Positions 16,836 to 26,571 of a stretch of 64,000 nucleotides of DNA are shown here, in pieces. The stretch spans positions 25,783-89,782 of the IMG/VR virus record IMGVR_UViG_3300036402_000045. One strand, written 5' to 3'. The notes below the pieces were generated by a model. The model was not told the origin of the DNA. It made no database searches and saw only the letters and a program-made list of their open reading frames with translations. Numbering within the stretch: the stretch's first letter is position 1; each line of letters starts with the position of its first letter. A program made the translations under genes and the position numbers. The stretch comes from a virus.

Positions 16836-17881
16836 ACGCAGCAGACCTTGGGATCGATGACGTTCTCGATGTAGTTCGGAATGTCTTTGGCATCGAAGGG
16901 GAAGTCCGCAAGACCAACCGTGGTCCGCAGATGCAATTCCTCTGCGTCGTGCATCAGGACTCTGATCCTTCTGCGGACGTTCACCTGGAGACGGGCTACT
17001 GGAACTGTTGGTCGTGCTCTGCCGGTGGCGACATCATCGATCTCGGAGCACGCGCGACAGGCAAGAAGCGGAAGGACATCAGGAAGCTCCTGGTTCCCGA
17101 CAATCCCGATGCCAAGCGTGCTGCCGTTGCCCGCCGTGCAAAGGCCGTACGCGGCCTCCTGAGGGCCACTGAGAAGCCTTTGGCTATCAAGTCGATCATC
17201 GACATTCCGCAGGACTACCCGACCGGTGGGAACTTCCGGTATCTCCGAGATCGTGGGTTCACCAAGGGCACGCTGGACTACTGGGGAATCCGCTACGTGA
17301 GGGAACAGGAGTTGCCGAGAGAGAACGGCAAGCCTTTCACGATCACCAACGCTTTCGGAATTCCGATCCGAGACGAGCACGGCGAAGTCATCGGCTGGTG
17401 CTACCGAGCTTCCCCGCAATCCGAGGCATGGTTCCAGAAGATCCGCTACATCTACACACCGGGCCTCCAGAACGTCCTGAACCAGACGTGGTACGGGCTG
17501 TGGGAGAACTGGGACTCGAAGGAGATCACCGTCACCGAAGGTGCCTTCGATGCGATCTGGAACTGGCAATGCGGCTACCCCGCCGTCGCCGTTCTCGGGA
17601 ACCAGGCGAAGCAGATCGTCAAAATCCGAAAGTTGATGCACTTCCGCCACGTCACCCTGTTCCTGGACCGTGACCGAACGGGTGCCGAGATCACCGAGTA
17701 CCTCGGGTCGGAACTCACAAAGCGTGGTGTTCCCGTTGACGTAGCGAGGTTTTCGTCGTTCATGGTTGGCCGTGACGGGAAGCCCGCAAAGGACTCTCAA
17801 GACCTGTGCCCGCTGGACGTTGATCTGTGTCACGTCCGCGCACTACCGTATGGCATCTGGAAAGGACGAGCCGTAGCTTGA
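16832..17881 (+). CDS. DNA primase (CHC2 zinc finger + TOPRIM)
   Basis: CVVHQD..PS...WNCWSC; VTEGAFDA; LDRD. Confidence 0.9.
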   Translation: MNAADLGIDDVLDVVRNVFGIEGEVRKTNRGPQMQFLCVVHQDSDPSADVHLETGYWNCWSCSAGGDIIDLGARATGKKRKDIRKLLVPDNPDAKRAAVARRAKAVRGLLRATEKPLAIKSIIDIPQDYPTGGNFRYLRDRGFTKGTLDYWGIRYVREQELPRENGKPFTITNAFGIPIRDEHGEVIGWCYRASPQSEAWFQKIRYIYTPGLQNVLNQTWYGLWENWDSKEITVTEGAFDAIWNWQCGYPAVAVLGNQAKQIVKIRKLMHFRHVTLFLDRDRTGAEITEYLGSELTKRGVPVDVARFSSFMVGRDGKPAKDSQDLCPLDVDLCHVRALPYGIWKGRAVA

Positions 17882-17906
17882 CGAGCTAACGGAAACTTTC
17901 TAGTAT
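17878..17906 (+). promoter_or_regulatory. sigma70-type promoter of the sigma-like gene
   Basis: TTGACG-N17(agctaacggaaactttc)-TAGTAT. Confidence 0.7.
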
Positions 17907-17924
17907 TGGGAGCAAGAGAGGAAA

Positions 17925-18344
17925 GTGACCTTGGCACAGACGGCGGTAGCTACGGATTGGGCGGAACGCTTCGAGGCGGCACAACCCGCGTACATGGGGA
18001 AGATCAGACGGTTCGCACGCCAGAAGGCGTCGATGCGGTATATCCCCGGTTACGACGAGTGCGACTTCGAGAACGACTTGCTCGAAGTGCTCTGGATGGC
18101 GTGTCGAACGTACGACCCGAACAAGGGTGCGAGCTTCAACACGCTGTTCTGGCAGATGAGCTTCAACCACGTCATCAGCCTCCACCGAAAGGCGTCTTCC
18201 CAGAAGCGGGTCGGGGACTACGAGCGCATCAGCCTCGATGTCGAAGAGATCCGGGAAGCCATTTCCGAACTTCGGGCCGATCCCTCTGCGGAGGATGAAT
18301 ACCTGGCCCGTCTTGCGGTTACGGAACGCTGGCGGTCTTCCTAA
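17925..18344 (+). CDS. short sigma-factor-like protein (region 2 only)
   Basis: DFENDLLEVLWMACRTYDPNKGASFNTLFWQMSFNHVISLHRK matches sigma70 region 2; 139 aa with no recognisable region 4. Confidence 0.75.
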   Translation: MTLAQTAVATDWAERFEAAQPAYMGKIRRFARQKASMRYIPGYDECDFENDLLEVLWMACRTYDPNKGASFNTLFWQMSFNHVISLHRKASSQKRVGDYERISLDVEEIREAISELRADPSAEDEYLARLAVTERWRSS

Positions 18345-18366
18345 AACCGTTTGCGTATCAGTAAGC

Positions 18367-18573
18367 GTGGACGAAGACCGGAAGATCGCAAGGCTGGAAG
18401 AGAAGCGGGCATCCCGCTTCCTGGATGCCCTCGCAAGAGATCCCTTCGTTTGCATCATCGTCACCAACGACGGCCAAGTGCAGATCGTCAGTTCGCAGAT
18501 TTCGGAAGAACACCTTCTGCGTATCAAGAAGGTCTTGAAGGAGATCGAAGACGACAATGCCCTCCAAGACTGA
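18367..18573 (+). CDS. hypothetical protein (leaderless)
   Basis: CGTATCA (18354-18360)-N6-GTG. Confidence 0.65.
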   Translation: MDEDRKIARLEEKRASRFLDALARDPFVCIIVTNDGQVQIVSSQISEEHLLRIKKVLKEIEDDNALQD

Positions 18574-19009
18574 CCAAGCCTGGTTCGCCGGATTGGTTGA
18601 CGGCGAAGGATGCTTCACGTTCTCCTGGCAGCGGACGCTCCATCTGGCATTCATCCTTGGCATGACGCATGAGCGCACCATCCAGCGTGCAAGCGTCATT
18701 CTGGAACACGCGGGCGTTCCGCAGACAATGAAGATTCGTGCAAAGTCCGCAGCGGACAAGCCGGAATGGAAAACGTTCTACGAGATTCGGGTCCAGAACT
18801 TCGACGGCGTGCTTAGGGTGTGCGAGTTCATTCGGCCTTTCTCTGTCACGAAGTTCCAGTACGCCGAAGAGTTTGCGGACGTGATCCGACAGATCCAGAG
18901 GACGCCTGTGGGCAACCGTTCGGAAAGTCTTCGCGGACCTGTTCACGAAACTGCGTATCAGAGATTGATGAAGAGTTTCAGGCCGCAAATCGAAAGCGAA
19001 GGAGAGTAG
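18557..19009 (+). CDS. free-standing LAGLIDADG homing endonuclease-like protein
   Basis: AWFAGLVDGEGCF motif; IRPFSVTK. Confidence 0.8.
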   Translation: MPSKTDQAWFAGLVDGEGCFTFSWQRTLHLAFILGMTHERTIQRASVILEHAGVPQTMKIRAKSAADKPEWKTFYEIRVQNFDGVLRVCEFIRPFSVTKFQYAEEFADVIRQIQRTPVGNRSESLRGPVHETAYQRLMKSFRPQIESEGE

Positions 19010-19789
19010 ATGCCCGCAGCTACCGGAAAGGGGTTGACGCCGAAGACGTTCGGCGGGTTGTCAAAGACCCGTAGCGCGTCGGGCGCTTCCGCCTTTCCCC
19101 GTGTCAAGCTGAAGGACGACGAAACCGTTTCCCTCCAGTTCTTCGGAAGCATCGAAGACGAGGACTCGTTCAAGGAGTTCGATCAGCACCAGTGGCGAGA
19201 GAAGTATTGGAACTACGTCGCCTGCCTCGGTGACGATTGCCCGCTCTGCGACGACGAGGACGACGACGTTTCGAAGCAGCACTACCGCTTCGTTGCGCTC
19301 GTCTACAACCACGACGAGAAGCAGGTTCAGGTACTCGAAGGTCCGGGCACGATGGCGCAGCGGATCATTCTGAAGGCAGAGCGTCGTCCGGAGTCGTTCG
19401 TCAAGCGGACTTGGGACGTAACCCGTCTCGACACGACGCCAACGTCGTACGACATCGACCAGAGCGACCAGAAGCCGATCAACCTGCGCCAGAAGAACCG
19501 GCTCGATCTCCAGGCTTACATCGATGAGTCTGCGGCCCGGTACTTCGGAAAGAACGCTCCCCGTCCCGACAAGAGCGGGAAGAAGGCCGGTCGGAAGTCA
19601 GCCCTCGATGATGACGACGAGGATTACGACGACGACGAAGAGACGTACACCAAGGCCGATCTCATGGACATGAGCGCCCGCGAACTGAAGACGACGGCCA
19701 AGCAGTTCAAGGTCCGTCTCGTTGACAGCAGCGGTGACAAGAAGAGCAAGCAGCAAGTCATCCGAGAAATCCTCAAGAAGCAGAAGTAA
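19010..19789 (+). CDS. single-stranded DNA-binding protein (gp32-like) with C-terminal HeH-like domain
   Basis: H...ACLGDDCPLC Zn motif, acidic tract, C-terminal helical domain; RBS GAAGGAG. Confidence 0.7.
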   Translation: MPAATGKGLTPKTFGGLSKTRSASGASAFPRVKLKDDETVSLQFFGSIEDEDSFKEFDQHQWREKYWNYVACLGDDCPLCDDEDDDVSKQHYRFVALVYNHDEKQVQVLEGPGTMAQRIILKAERRPESFVKRTWDVTRLDTTPTSYDIDQSDQKPINLRQKNRLDLQAYIDESAARYFGKNAPRPDKSGKKAGRKSALDDDDEDYDDDEETYTKADLMDMSARELKTTAKQFKVRLVDSSGDKKSKQQVIREILKKQK

Positions 19790-19823
19790 CCCCACCATCC
19801 AACGGAAAGAGACACGACAACAC

Positions 19824-20405
19824 ATGCCGAAGAAGAGCGCAGCAGACGCCCTCAAGGAAGCCTTCAACGACTTCATCGATGAGCTTGCCGCCGCCGGTCC
19901 TGCCGACGACGACGAGTTCGAGGACGATGAGGATCTGGAGGACGAGGATTCCGAAGAGGAAGAGGACGACGATGAGGACGAGGACGAAGAGATCCCCGTC
20001 TACACCGAGAAGCAGCTTGCGAAGAAGAGCAAGGAAGAGCTTCTGGTCATCGCCAAGGCCCTCGATCTCGACACGACCCGCAAGCGCGAGAACACGCTGC
20101 GGACCATGATCCTCGAAGCCCAGTCCGAAGAGGATGAGGACGACGAAGAAGAGTCCGAAGACGAGGACGACGAGGACTGGGACGACGAGGACGATTCCGA
20201 AGACGACGAGGACGATGAGGACTCGGACGACGACGAGGATGACGACGACGAGGACTGGGACGAGGACGACGAGGATGACGAGGACGAGGCTCCTGCCAAG
20301 TCCAGCAAGGCGTCCAAGTCCGCGAAGAAGTCCACCAAGAAGGCCGCTGGCACCCCCAAGAAGTCCACGGGGGCGAAGAAGGCCACCGCACGGAAGCGCC
20401 GGTAG
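19824..20405 (+). CDS. very acidic protein with central HeH-like domain and Lys-rich tail
   Basis: Two D/E tracts flank YTEKQLAKKSKEELLVIAKALDL; tail AKSSKASKSAKKSTKK... Confidence 0.8.
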   Translation: MPKKSAADALKEAFNDFIDELAAAGPADDDEFEDDEDLEDEDSEEEEDDDEDEDEEIPVYTEKQLAKKSKEELLVIAKALDLDTTRKRENTLRTMILEAQSEEDEDDEEESEDEDDEDWDDEDDSEDDEDDEDSDDDEDDDDEDWDEDDEDDEDEAPAKSSKASKSAKKSTKKAAGTPKKSTGAKKATARKRR

Positions 20406-20825
20406 ATGGCCGACGAGAACGTCCTTCTCAACAAGGCCATCGCTCACGCCAACCGAGCAGAAGAGCTTGCGCGGGAAGGGTTCCTGGAGGTTGCGGATCT
20501 CCACGACTCGATCGCCAACACCTTCCGTTCGCTGGCCCATGAGGTTCGTGTGGGCAAGTCCAAGCGGAAGTACGAAGGGGTTTCCGAAACCTTCGAGCTT
20601 CCGTACACGATGACCAACGAGCTTCGCGGTGCGGAGAAGGACGTTCCGCCGCCGACGTTCGTGTCCAACTACTTCGGTGCTCAGGGCGAAGCTCCCCGCG
20701 GTATCGGTCAGGAGATCCCCGGCGTCCCCGGTGGCTTCATGCAGCAGACCGAGGCCGCACGCGTCGCATTCGGTGAAGACACCGACGCCGACCATGAGGT
20801 TGACGGAGACAGCACCAAGTCGTAG
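20406..20825 (+). CDS. hypothetical protein
   Basis: 139-aa ORF abutting the upstream stop. Confidence 0.7.
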   Translation: MADENVLLNKAIAHANRAEELAREGFLEVADLHDSIANTFRSLAHEVRVGKSKRKYEGVSETFELPYTMTNELRGAEKDVPPPTFVSNYFGAQGEAPRGIGQEIPGVPGGFMQQTEAARVAFGEDTDADHEVDGDSTKS

Positions 20826-20862
20826 ATTCACCGGTCCTACGGCTGGCGAATTCGCTGGTTGA

Positions 20863-20894
20863 AAGAGAGCAGGGGCTTCGGTCCCTGCTCTCTT
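20863..20894 (+). terminator. terminator-like hairpin
   Basis: AAGAGAGCAGGGGC-TTCG-GTCCCTGCTCTCTT. Confidence 0.65.
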
Positions 20895-20915
20895 CGCGTC
20901 TGCGTATCACTAGGC

Positions 20916-21701
20916 ATGACCGAAGAGATCACCTTCCGGAGTGATTTCGCCATATCTGTTGTTGACGAGATGGCGAATGACGAGTCGGTGTTGCGGGCCA
21001 TGCTCGTTGCCACCGACAAGGTTCCTACTGGCTCTGCCGAAACCACGGCCAACACGGGACGGATCAACGCCCTGATGCGAGATCGGCACGGCACTCCGTT
21101 CGAGCACAACAGCATCATCTTCTACGCGGAGGCCCCGATCTTCGTCTTCCGTGAGTGGCACCGCCACCGCATCGGAATCTCGATCAACGAGCAGAGCGGG
21201 CGGTATTCCGAACTTCCGCCCATGTTCTACGTCCCGCCTCGCCATCGTCCTCTCGTCAAGGTCGAAGGCACGAAGCAAATGGCCTACGAAAACGAGCTTG
21301 CGAGCGATGAGCAGTACGCCAGAAAGATCGCCGGAGACAAGCGGGTGATGGCAGCGGCCTATCGGGAGTACGAACGGCAGCTTGAGGACGGGATCGTGAA
21401 AGAGTCCGCTCGCAACTGCCTTCCGGTCAGCATCTACTCAAAGATGTTCTGGACTTGCAACGCCCGTTCGCTCATGGCGTTCCTGTCGCTCCGTGTTCGC
21501 AAGGGTCCGTTCTGGAACCAGACCGAGACGCTTGACGGTGTTCCTACGGACTACTGGACGCAAGACCCCGAAGGTTCGGTTTTCCCGAGCAAGCCTGCTT
21601 GGGAGATCGATGCGTGTGCTCAAGCGATGGAGCAGTTGTTCGCAACGCTCATGCCGGTCACGCACGAAGCGTTCCTGAAGCACGGTCGCGTTGCTCCATG
21701 A
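20916..21701 (+). CDS. thyX: FAD-dependent thymidylate synthase
   Basis: HGTPFEH and REWHRHRIGISINEQSGRY (RHRx8SxRY-type motif); leaderless after CGTATCA 20903-20909. Confidence 0.93.
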   Translation: MTEEITFRSDFAISVVDEMANDESVLRAMLVATDKVPTGSAETTANTGRINALMRDRHGTPFEHNSIIFYAEAPIFVFREWHRHRIGISINEQSGRYSELPPMFYVPPRHRPLVKVEGTKQMAYENELASDEQYARKIAGDKRVMAAAYREYERQLEDGIVKESARNCLPVSIYSKMFWTCNARSLMAFLSLRVRKGPFWNQTETLDGVPTDYWTQDPEGSVFPSKPAWEIDACAQAMEQLFATLMPVTHEAFLKHGRVAP

Positions 21702-22081
21702 ACGATCCCACGAAGCACCTTGATCTTTCTGACCCCGCCAACGCTGCGAGCTTGCGCCTGCACGTTGACATCTGGGTCAAGCAGGAAAGGAAGCACTACG
21801 CCGACGTGAAGTACGCCGAGGATCAGAAGGGCCGTCAAGATCTGATCTCGGACACGACGAACTTTCCGAACTTCGACGGTCCCGAAGGAACGACGTGGAT
21901 CACGTTCCTCACGAACTACCTCGGTCGCGCACAGCGCTTCGGGGTCAACACACCGCAGGGTCGTCAGCAGCTAGGCAAGCTCATCGCCACCGCAACACAC
22001 TGTCTGGAAACTGCCGTGATGGTTCACGGTCGGCTCCCCAAGCCCGGAGTTCCGTCCGGAGAAATCGAGGAATGGACATGA
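21698..22081 (+). CDS. hypothetical protein, possibly MazG-like all-alpha NTP pyrophosphohydrolase
   Basis: Helical pattern ERKHYADVKY...WITFLTNYLGRA...KLIATATHCLE, next to thyX. Confidence 0.45.
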   Translation: MNDPTKHLDLSDPANAASLRLHVDIWVKQERKHYADVKYAEDQKGRQDLISDTTNFPNFDGPEGTTWITFLTNYLGRAQRFGVNTPQGRQQLGKLIATATHCLETAVMVHGRLPKPGVPSGEIEEWT

Positions 22082-22428
22082 GACACGCACGCGAGGACTA
22101 CGAGGCCATCCAGCCTTTCCCCACGAAGCGTCCGCATCACGTCAGGATCGACGGCAACTTGGTGATGAATATCCAGGGTGACATCGAACACCTGGGCAAG
22201 CACATGGACCCGATCATTCCCGACGACGAGCCGGTCTTCATCATCCGTGCGAAGGACATCGTTGGTCCCGAGACGGTTCGCATGTGGGCGCAGTTCTCTG
22301 AAGACGCCGGTGCAGATTCCGAACTTGTCTTCAAGGTCCGTGAGTGGGCGCAGGAGATGGAGAACTACGCAGCCATCCACTACAACGGCGGCAAGGTTGC
22401 CGACACGCCCGAAGGGATTCTGAAGTGA
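22078..22428 (+). CDS. hypothetical phage protein
   Basis: HAREDY...IPDDEPVFIIRAKD motif. Confidence 0.7.
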   Translation: MRHAREDYEAIQPFPTKRPHHVRIDGNLVMNIQGDIEHLGKHMDPIIPDDEPVFIIRAKDIVGPETVRMWAQFSEDAGADSELVFKVREWAQEMENYAAIHYNGGKVADTPEGILK

Positions 22429-22655
22429 CCTACTGGCGAGTTCTATTCGTTGGTGGTCAAGAGATGTTCCTGGCAACCAAGTCCGAAGACACCGACATCA
22501 TTCCGGCCCTTGGCGAAACGGAGTTCATGTTCGTCACCGCAGACGATCACAATTCTCCTGTTCTCATTGGGCCAACCCGCAACCTCTTGACGATCACCAA
22601 GGCATCGCAAGAGATGTATGACGAGTTCACCCAAAAGAACGGAGTTCTGAAGTGA
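22425..22655 (+). CDS. hypothetical protein
   Basis: GTGA-coupled ORF. Confidence 0.6.
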   Translation: MTYWRVLFVGGQEMFLATKSEDTDIIPALGETEFMFVTADDHNSPVLIGPTRNLLTITKASQEMYDEFTQKNGVLK

Positions 22656-22951
22656 GCGACATCGCACAGCCAACATTCATCTTCAACATGGGCGACCGTG
22701 TGAAGGACGTTGTGAGCGGCTACGAGGGCATCGTCATGGCCCGGTTCGAATACTGGACCGGGTGCAACCACTACGGCGTTGAGGGACAAGCTCAGGTGGG
22801 AACCAAGCTGCCCTACGAGAGCTTTGATGAGCAACGCCTTGAAGTGGTTCAGTCCAACGCCGTGCGACTGGCACGGGACTACAAGGCAGAACCCGCTTCT
22901 CGTCGTTCCCCTGACGCCGCCGCTCCACGCGACCCCCACCGACCGGCCTGA
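22652..22951 (+). CDS. hypothetical phage protein (SH3-like barrel)
   Basis: MGDRVKDVVSGYEGIVMARFEYWTGC...FDEQRL. Confidence 0.7.
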   Translation: MSDIAQPTFIFNMGDRVKDVVSGYEGIVMARFEYWTGCNHYGVEGQAQVGTKLPYESFDEQRLEVVQSNAVRLARDYKAEPASRRSPDAAAPRDPHRPA

Positions 22952-22961
22952 AAGGTTTCCA

Positions 22962-23243
22962 ATGGACTTCGGAGAGATTCCGCCCGAGGCCGAGGCACAG
23001 CGTCCTTGGCTCAAGAAGATCAACATCGGACCGCCCCGTGATGACGAAGCTGGCGTGATCGGTTCGTTGCCTGCGCTCATGGGCAACGAAGTCAAGGAGG
23101 GCATTGGGGAGATCGGCGTTATCCGAATCTGTGCCACGCCAAGCTCTGACGATCTCCTGCGCCTTCAGGCCGGTGAGAAGATCTGGATCGAGATCTGGTC
23201 GTCCGTGATGTATCCGATCGCAATCGAAGTCGGCAAGACCTGA
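22962..23243 (+). CDS. hypothetical protein
   Basis: RBS GAAAGG; coupled to the next gene. Confidence 0.65.
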   Translation: MDFGEIPPEAEAQRPWLKKINIGPPRDDEAGVIGSLPALMGNEVKEGIGEIGVIRICATPSSDDLLRLQAGEKIWIEIWSSVMYPIAIEVGKT

Positions 23244-23521
23244 TGATCGTTGCGAAGTTCCTGGCCCCTCCGGGCTTCGACTGGCGGTTCGAGGATCACC
23301 CTCGCTATGGCCGCATGTGGCATCTCGGCAAGGTGCTTGACCCCACCGACCCTTGGAGCCGCCAGTACGTCCCGATGGGCCGAATGGGCCGGGACTTCGC
23401 TCCGATGTGGACCGTGACCGAAGAGACGTTGCGAGTCGCCTTTTATCCCGCGCTTGTTATCCGAATGATTCTGGAAGAAAGCGCACACCACCTGAAAGTC
23501 ATCGAAACCCACCATGCCTAA
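23243..23521 (+). CDS. hypothetical protein
   Basis: 92-aa coupled ORF. Confidence 0.6.
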   Translation: MIVAKFLAPPGFDWRFEDHPRYGRMWHLGKVLDPTDPWSRQYVPMGRMGRDFAPMWTVTEETLRVAFYPALVIRMILEESAHHLKVIETHHA

Positions 23522-26500
23522 CCGTTTTGCACACCTTCACCTTCACGACGAGTATTCGATGCTCGATGGTCTAGGGAAGATTCCGGAGTACGTGTCTCGC
23601 GGGAAGAAGCTGGGGATGCAGCACATGGCCCAGACCAACCACGGCAACATCGCTGGCGCACCTGACTTCTACAAGGAGTGCAAGGCGAACGGGATCAATC
23701 CGATCCTCGGTTGCGAGTTCTACTTCGTGCCCGATGTGACCACGGTGGCCGAAGACATGAAGCGACGACGCAAGGAGTCTGAGCACGACGATGCAGAGGC
23801 CAACCGATACCACGTCGTCTTCCTCGCTAAGAACGAGGACGGGTTCAAGACGCTCGTTGATCTCAACAGCGAGTCTCACCGGAACTACTACTACAAGCCC
23901 CTCATCGATCGCAGCATGGTCGAAGCTCTCGGATCAGAATCCGAAAATCTCATCGTGCTGTCTGGGTGTGCTGGCTCCATCCTTTCCCGCAAGGCACTTC
24001 ACGCTTCGAGGGACGAAGCTCTCGATGAGGCCCGCTGGTGGAGCGAGCAGTTCGAGTCCTTCTACATCGAGCTTCAGCATCACAACGCTCCGGACGATCG
24101 AAAGCTCAATCAACGACTGGTTCGCATCGCGAGAGATCTCGCCCTCCCCCACGTCATCACCAACGATCCCCACTACGTCGTCGCAGAACAGGCCGAGGCC
24201 CACGATTGCCTTCTGGCCGTTCAGACCGCAGCAGACGTTGATGATCCTGATCGATTCCGGTTCGAGGGAGAAGGCTTCCACCTGAAAGGCCGCAAGGAGA
24301 TGGAGCGCACGTTCCGCGGCTACCGAGAAGACGTGTGGCGTCCTGGCCTTGACAACTCTCTGAAGATCGCCTCAGAGATCAACATCACGATTCCCGCTTG
24401 GGACACCCGGACCTGGCACATTCCGAATCTCCCCGGCGTCACCGATCCTGATACTCGCGTCAAGGAGCTTGCGGTCAAGGAACTAAAGCGACGTGGCTGG
24501 GACAAGAAGCCCGAGTACGCCGAACGCCTGCGCTACGAGCTTCCGAAGGTTCGCAAGGCCAAGATCACCGGGGCGATGCTCATCACCCGTGACGCTCTGC
24601 GCTACGCCAAGCGCAAGGGCTACCGAGTCGGTCCGGGCCGTGGTTCGGTGTGCGGCTCACTGGTGGGCTACCTCATCGGCATCCACAAGATCGATCCCGT
24701 CAAGTACGACCTGCTCTTCGAGCGGTTCCTGAACCCTGAGCGCCCGAAGATGCCCGACATCGATTCGGACTTTGAGCGCGCTCACCGTGACGACGTGATC
24801 GAGTATTCGATTCGGAAGTTCGGCGCTGACAACGTGATCCGTGTCGCGGCGTTCTCAACCATGCAGGCGAAGGGAGCGTTCCAGTCCCTTGCTCGCGCCT
24901 ACGGCATCGATCACATTCAGCGCAACCGTCTGACGAAGGAGATGCTGGAGGACGAGGAAGGCAACACCGTTCTCCCGGAGGAAATCCGAAACAACTATCC
25001 CGAGCTTGTCGAACGGATGAAGCAGATCGAAGGTCTAAAGAAGGGGATCTCCCGGCATCCCGCTGGGATCGTGATCCTCCAACCCGAAGACCCGATCAAG
25101 GAACTGATCCCCGAGATGTGGATCGCCGGTTCGAAGAAGATGGTCGGGCAGTACGACCTGGACACGGTTTCTGATCTCGGACTGTTCAAGCAGGACTACT
25201 TGGTGATCCGAGCGCTGGACACGATCGAGTGGACATGCCGGTTCGTGAAGGAGCGCCACGGCATCGACATCGATCCCGACGAGTGGGTTCCGGATGAAGA
25301 GAAGTACGACAGCCGGATCTACAAGATGCTGGCGGCTGGCAAGACCGCTGGCGTGTTCCAGATGGAAGGCGGCACGAACCACCGAGGCATCCAGCAGATC
25401 AAGCCCACAAAGTTCGAAGACATCGTTTCGTGTACGTCTCTCTATCGAGCCGGTCCGCTCGACGCTGGTGCGGACAAGCGCTTTCTGGAGAACCGAGCAG
25501 ACGGCATCGTGCGCGTCATGCACAAGTCCCTGGAACCGATCCTCAATACCACTTGGGGAGAGATGATCTACCAGGAGCAGATGTTCCGAATCTTGAACGA
25601 GGTTGCGGGCTTCTCTTGGGCAAGGGTTGACGACGCCAAGACCGCTGTGTCGAAGAAAGACCCCGAGAAGATGGCGAAGCTGAAGGACGAAGCCATCGCT
25701 GGGTTCATGCGGATCGGCGGCATGTCCGAGTCAAAGGCCGAAGAAGTGTGGGCGATGATCGCTGCACAAGCGACCTACCTCTTCAACCGTTCGCACGCCG
25801 TTGCGTACTCGATGCTCTCCTACCAGACGGCACGGCTGAAGTACCTGTACCCGCTGGAGTACCTGGCCGCTCTTCTCGCCACTGTGGAGCCGAAGAACAA
25901 GACCGACATCGCGAAGCGTGAGCGCTACATGAGCGAAGTCGTTCTTGAGGGTTTCCGAATCTTGGCACCCGACATCAACAAGTCCGCAGAGCGTTTCCGC
26001 CCCGAAGGGAAGGACGCTGTTCGCTTCGGCTTCTTCGACGTGAGTGGGATCGGTGAGAAGACCGCCCCCAGATTGGTCGCAGAGCGCCCCAGAGGGGGCT
26101 ACAAGAAGCTCGCAGAGGTCCGGGCGGCTGGAATGAACGCCAGCGCCATCCAGGCCCTCAGCGAGAGCGGAGCGCTCGAAGCCATTGGCATGAAGACCAC
26201 AAAGGCGTTGCAGGAGACGCGACTGAAGTGGCAGTTCGAGGACAAGATGCTTCCGATCCGTCAGAAGTTCGAGAAGAAGGTCAAGCTCCCGACGAACAAG
26301 GACGGCCAAGTCGTCATCATCGGTGAGATCAAGAAAACCGAGATCCGTCCCACAAAGCGAGGGACCAACTTCTGCACTTGGGTTCTCCAGTGGGCACCGG
26401 GGATGGAATACAAGGTCAACATCTGGGACTCGGCATTCGATCTCTTCGAGATTCCGAAGGGCCGTGTCGTTCAGGTGAGCGGCAAGTGGCAAGCCGACTG

Positions 26501-26552
26501 GCAAAACGTGTCCGTTGGGGACTCCGATCAAGTGCGCCTGGTACGGGCGTAG
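23514..26552 (+). CDS. dnaE: DNA polymerase III alpha subunit (family C)
   Basis: PHP domain HLHLHDEYSMLDG, GPGRGS, FERFLNPER, PDIDSDF, FNRSHAVAY, C-terminal OB fold; no intein seen. Confidence 0.97.
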   Translation: MPNRFAHLHLHDEYSMLDGLGKIPEYVSRGKKLGMQHMAQTNHGNIAGAPDFYKECKANGINPILGCEFYFVPDVTTVAEDMKRRRKESEHDDAEANRYHVVFLAKNEDGFKTLVDLNSESHRNYYYKPLIDRSMVEALGSESENLIVLSGCAGSILSRKALHASRDEALDEARWWSEQFESFYIELQHHNAPDDRKLNQRLVRIARDLALPHVITNDPHYVVAEQAEAHDCLLAVQTAADVDDPDRFRFEGEGFHLKGRKEMERTFRGYREDVWRPGLDNSLKIASEINITIPAWDTRTWHIPNLPGVTDPDTRVKELAVKELKRRGWDKKPEYAERLRYELPKVRKAKITGAMLITRDALRYAKRKGYRVGPGRGSVCGSLVGYLIGIHKIDPVKYDLLFERFLNPERPKMPDIDSDFERAHRDDVIEYSIRKFGADNVIRVAAFSTMQAKGAFQSLARAYGIDHIQRNRLTKEMLEDEEGNTVLPEEIRNNYPELVERMKQIEGLKKGISRHPAGIVILQPEDPIKELIPEMWIAGSKKMVGQYDLDTVSDLGLFKQDYLVIRALDTIEWTCRFVKERHGIDIDPDEWVPDEEKYDSRIYKMLAAGKTAGVFQMEGGTNHRGIQQIKPTKFEDIVSCTSLYRAGPLDAGADKRFLENRADGIVRVMHKSLEPILNTTWGEMIYQEQMFRILNEVAGFSWARVDDAKTAVSKKDPEKMAKLKDEAIAGFMRIGGMSESKAEEVWAMIAAQATYLFNRSHAVAYSMLSYQTARLKYLYPLEYLAALLATVEPKNKTDIAKRERYMSEVVLEGFRILAPDINKSAERFRPEGKDAVRFGFFDVSGIGEKTAPRLVAERPRGGYKKLAEVRAAGMNASAIQALSESGALEAIGMKTTKALQETRLKWQFEDKMLPIRQKFEKKVKLPTNKDGQVVIIGEIKKTEIRPTKRGTNFCTWVLQWAPGMEYKVNIWDSAFDLFEIPKGRVVQVSGKWQADWQNVSVGDSDQVRLVRA

Positions 26553-26571
26553 GAAGGACGTATCACTAGAT

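Noticed and set aside
19900-20290. GACGAG/GACGAC tandem repeats as a DNA repeat array
   Set aside because: They are explained by Asp/Glu codons of the acidic protein.
5122-21701. Hypermodified-base pathway (dZ, 7-deazaguanine, hmdU)
   Set aside because: No PurZ, DpdA/QueC/FolE or dNMP hydroxymethylase was recognised; dcd plus thyX fit ordinary dTTP supply.
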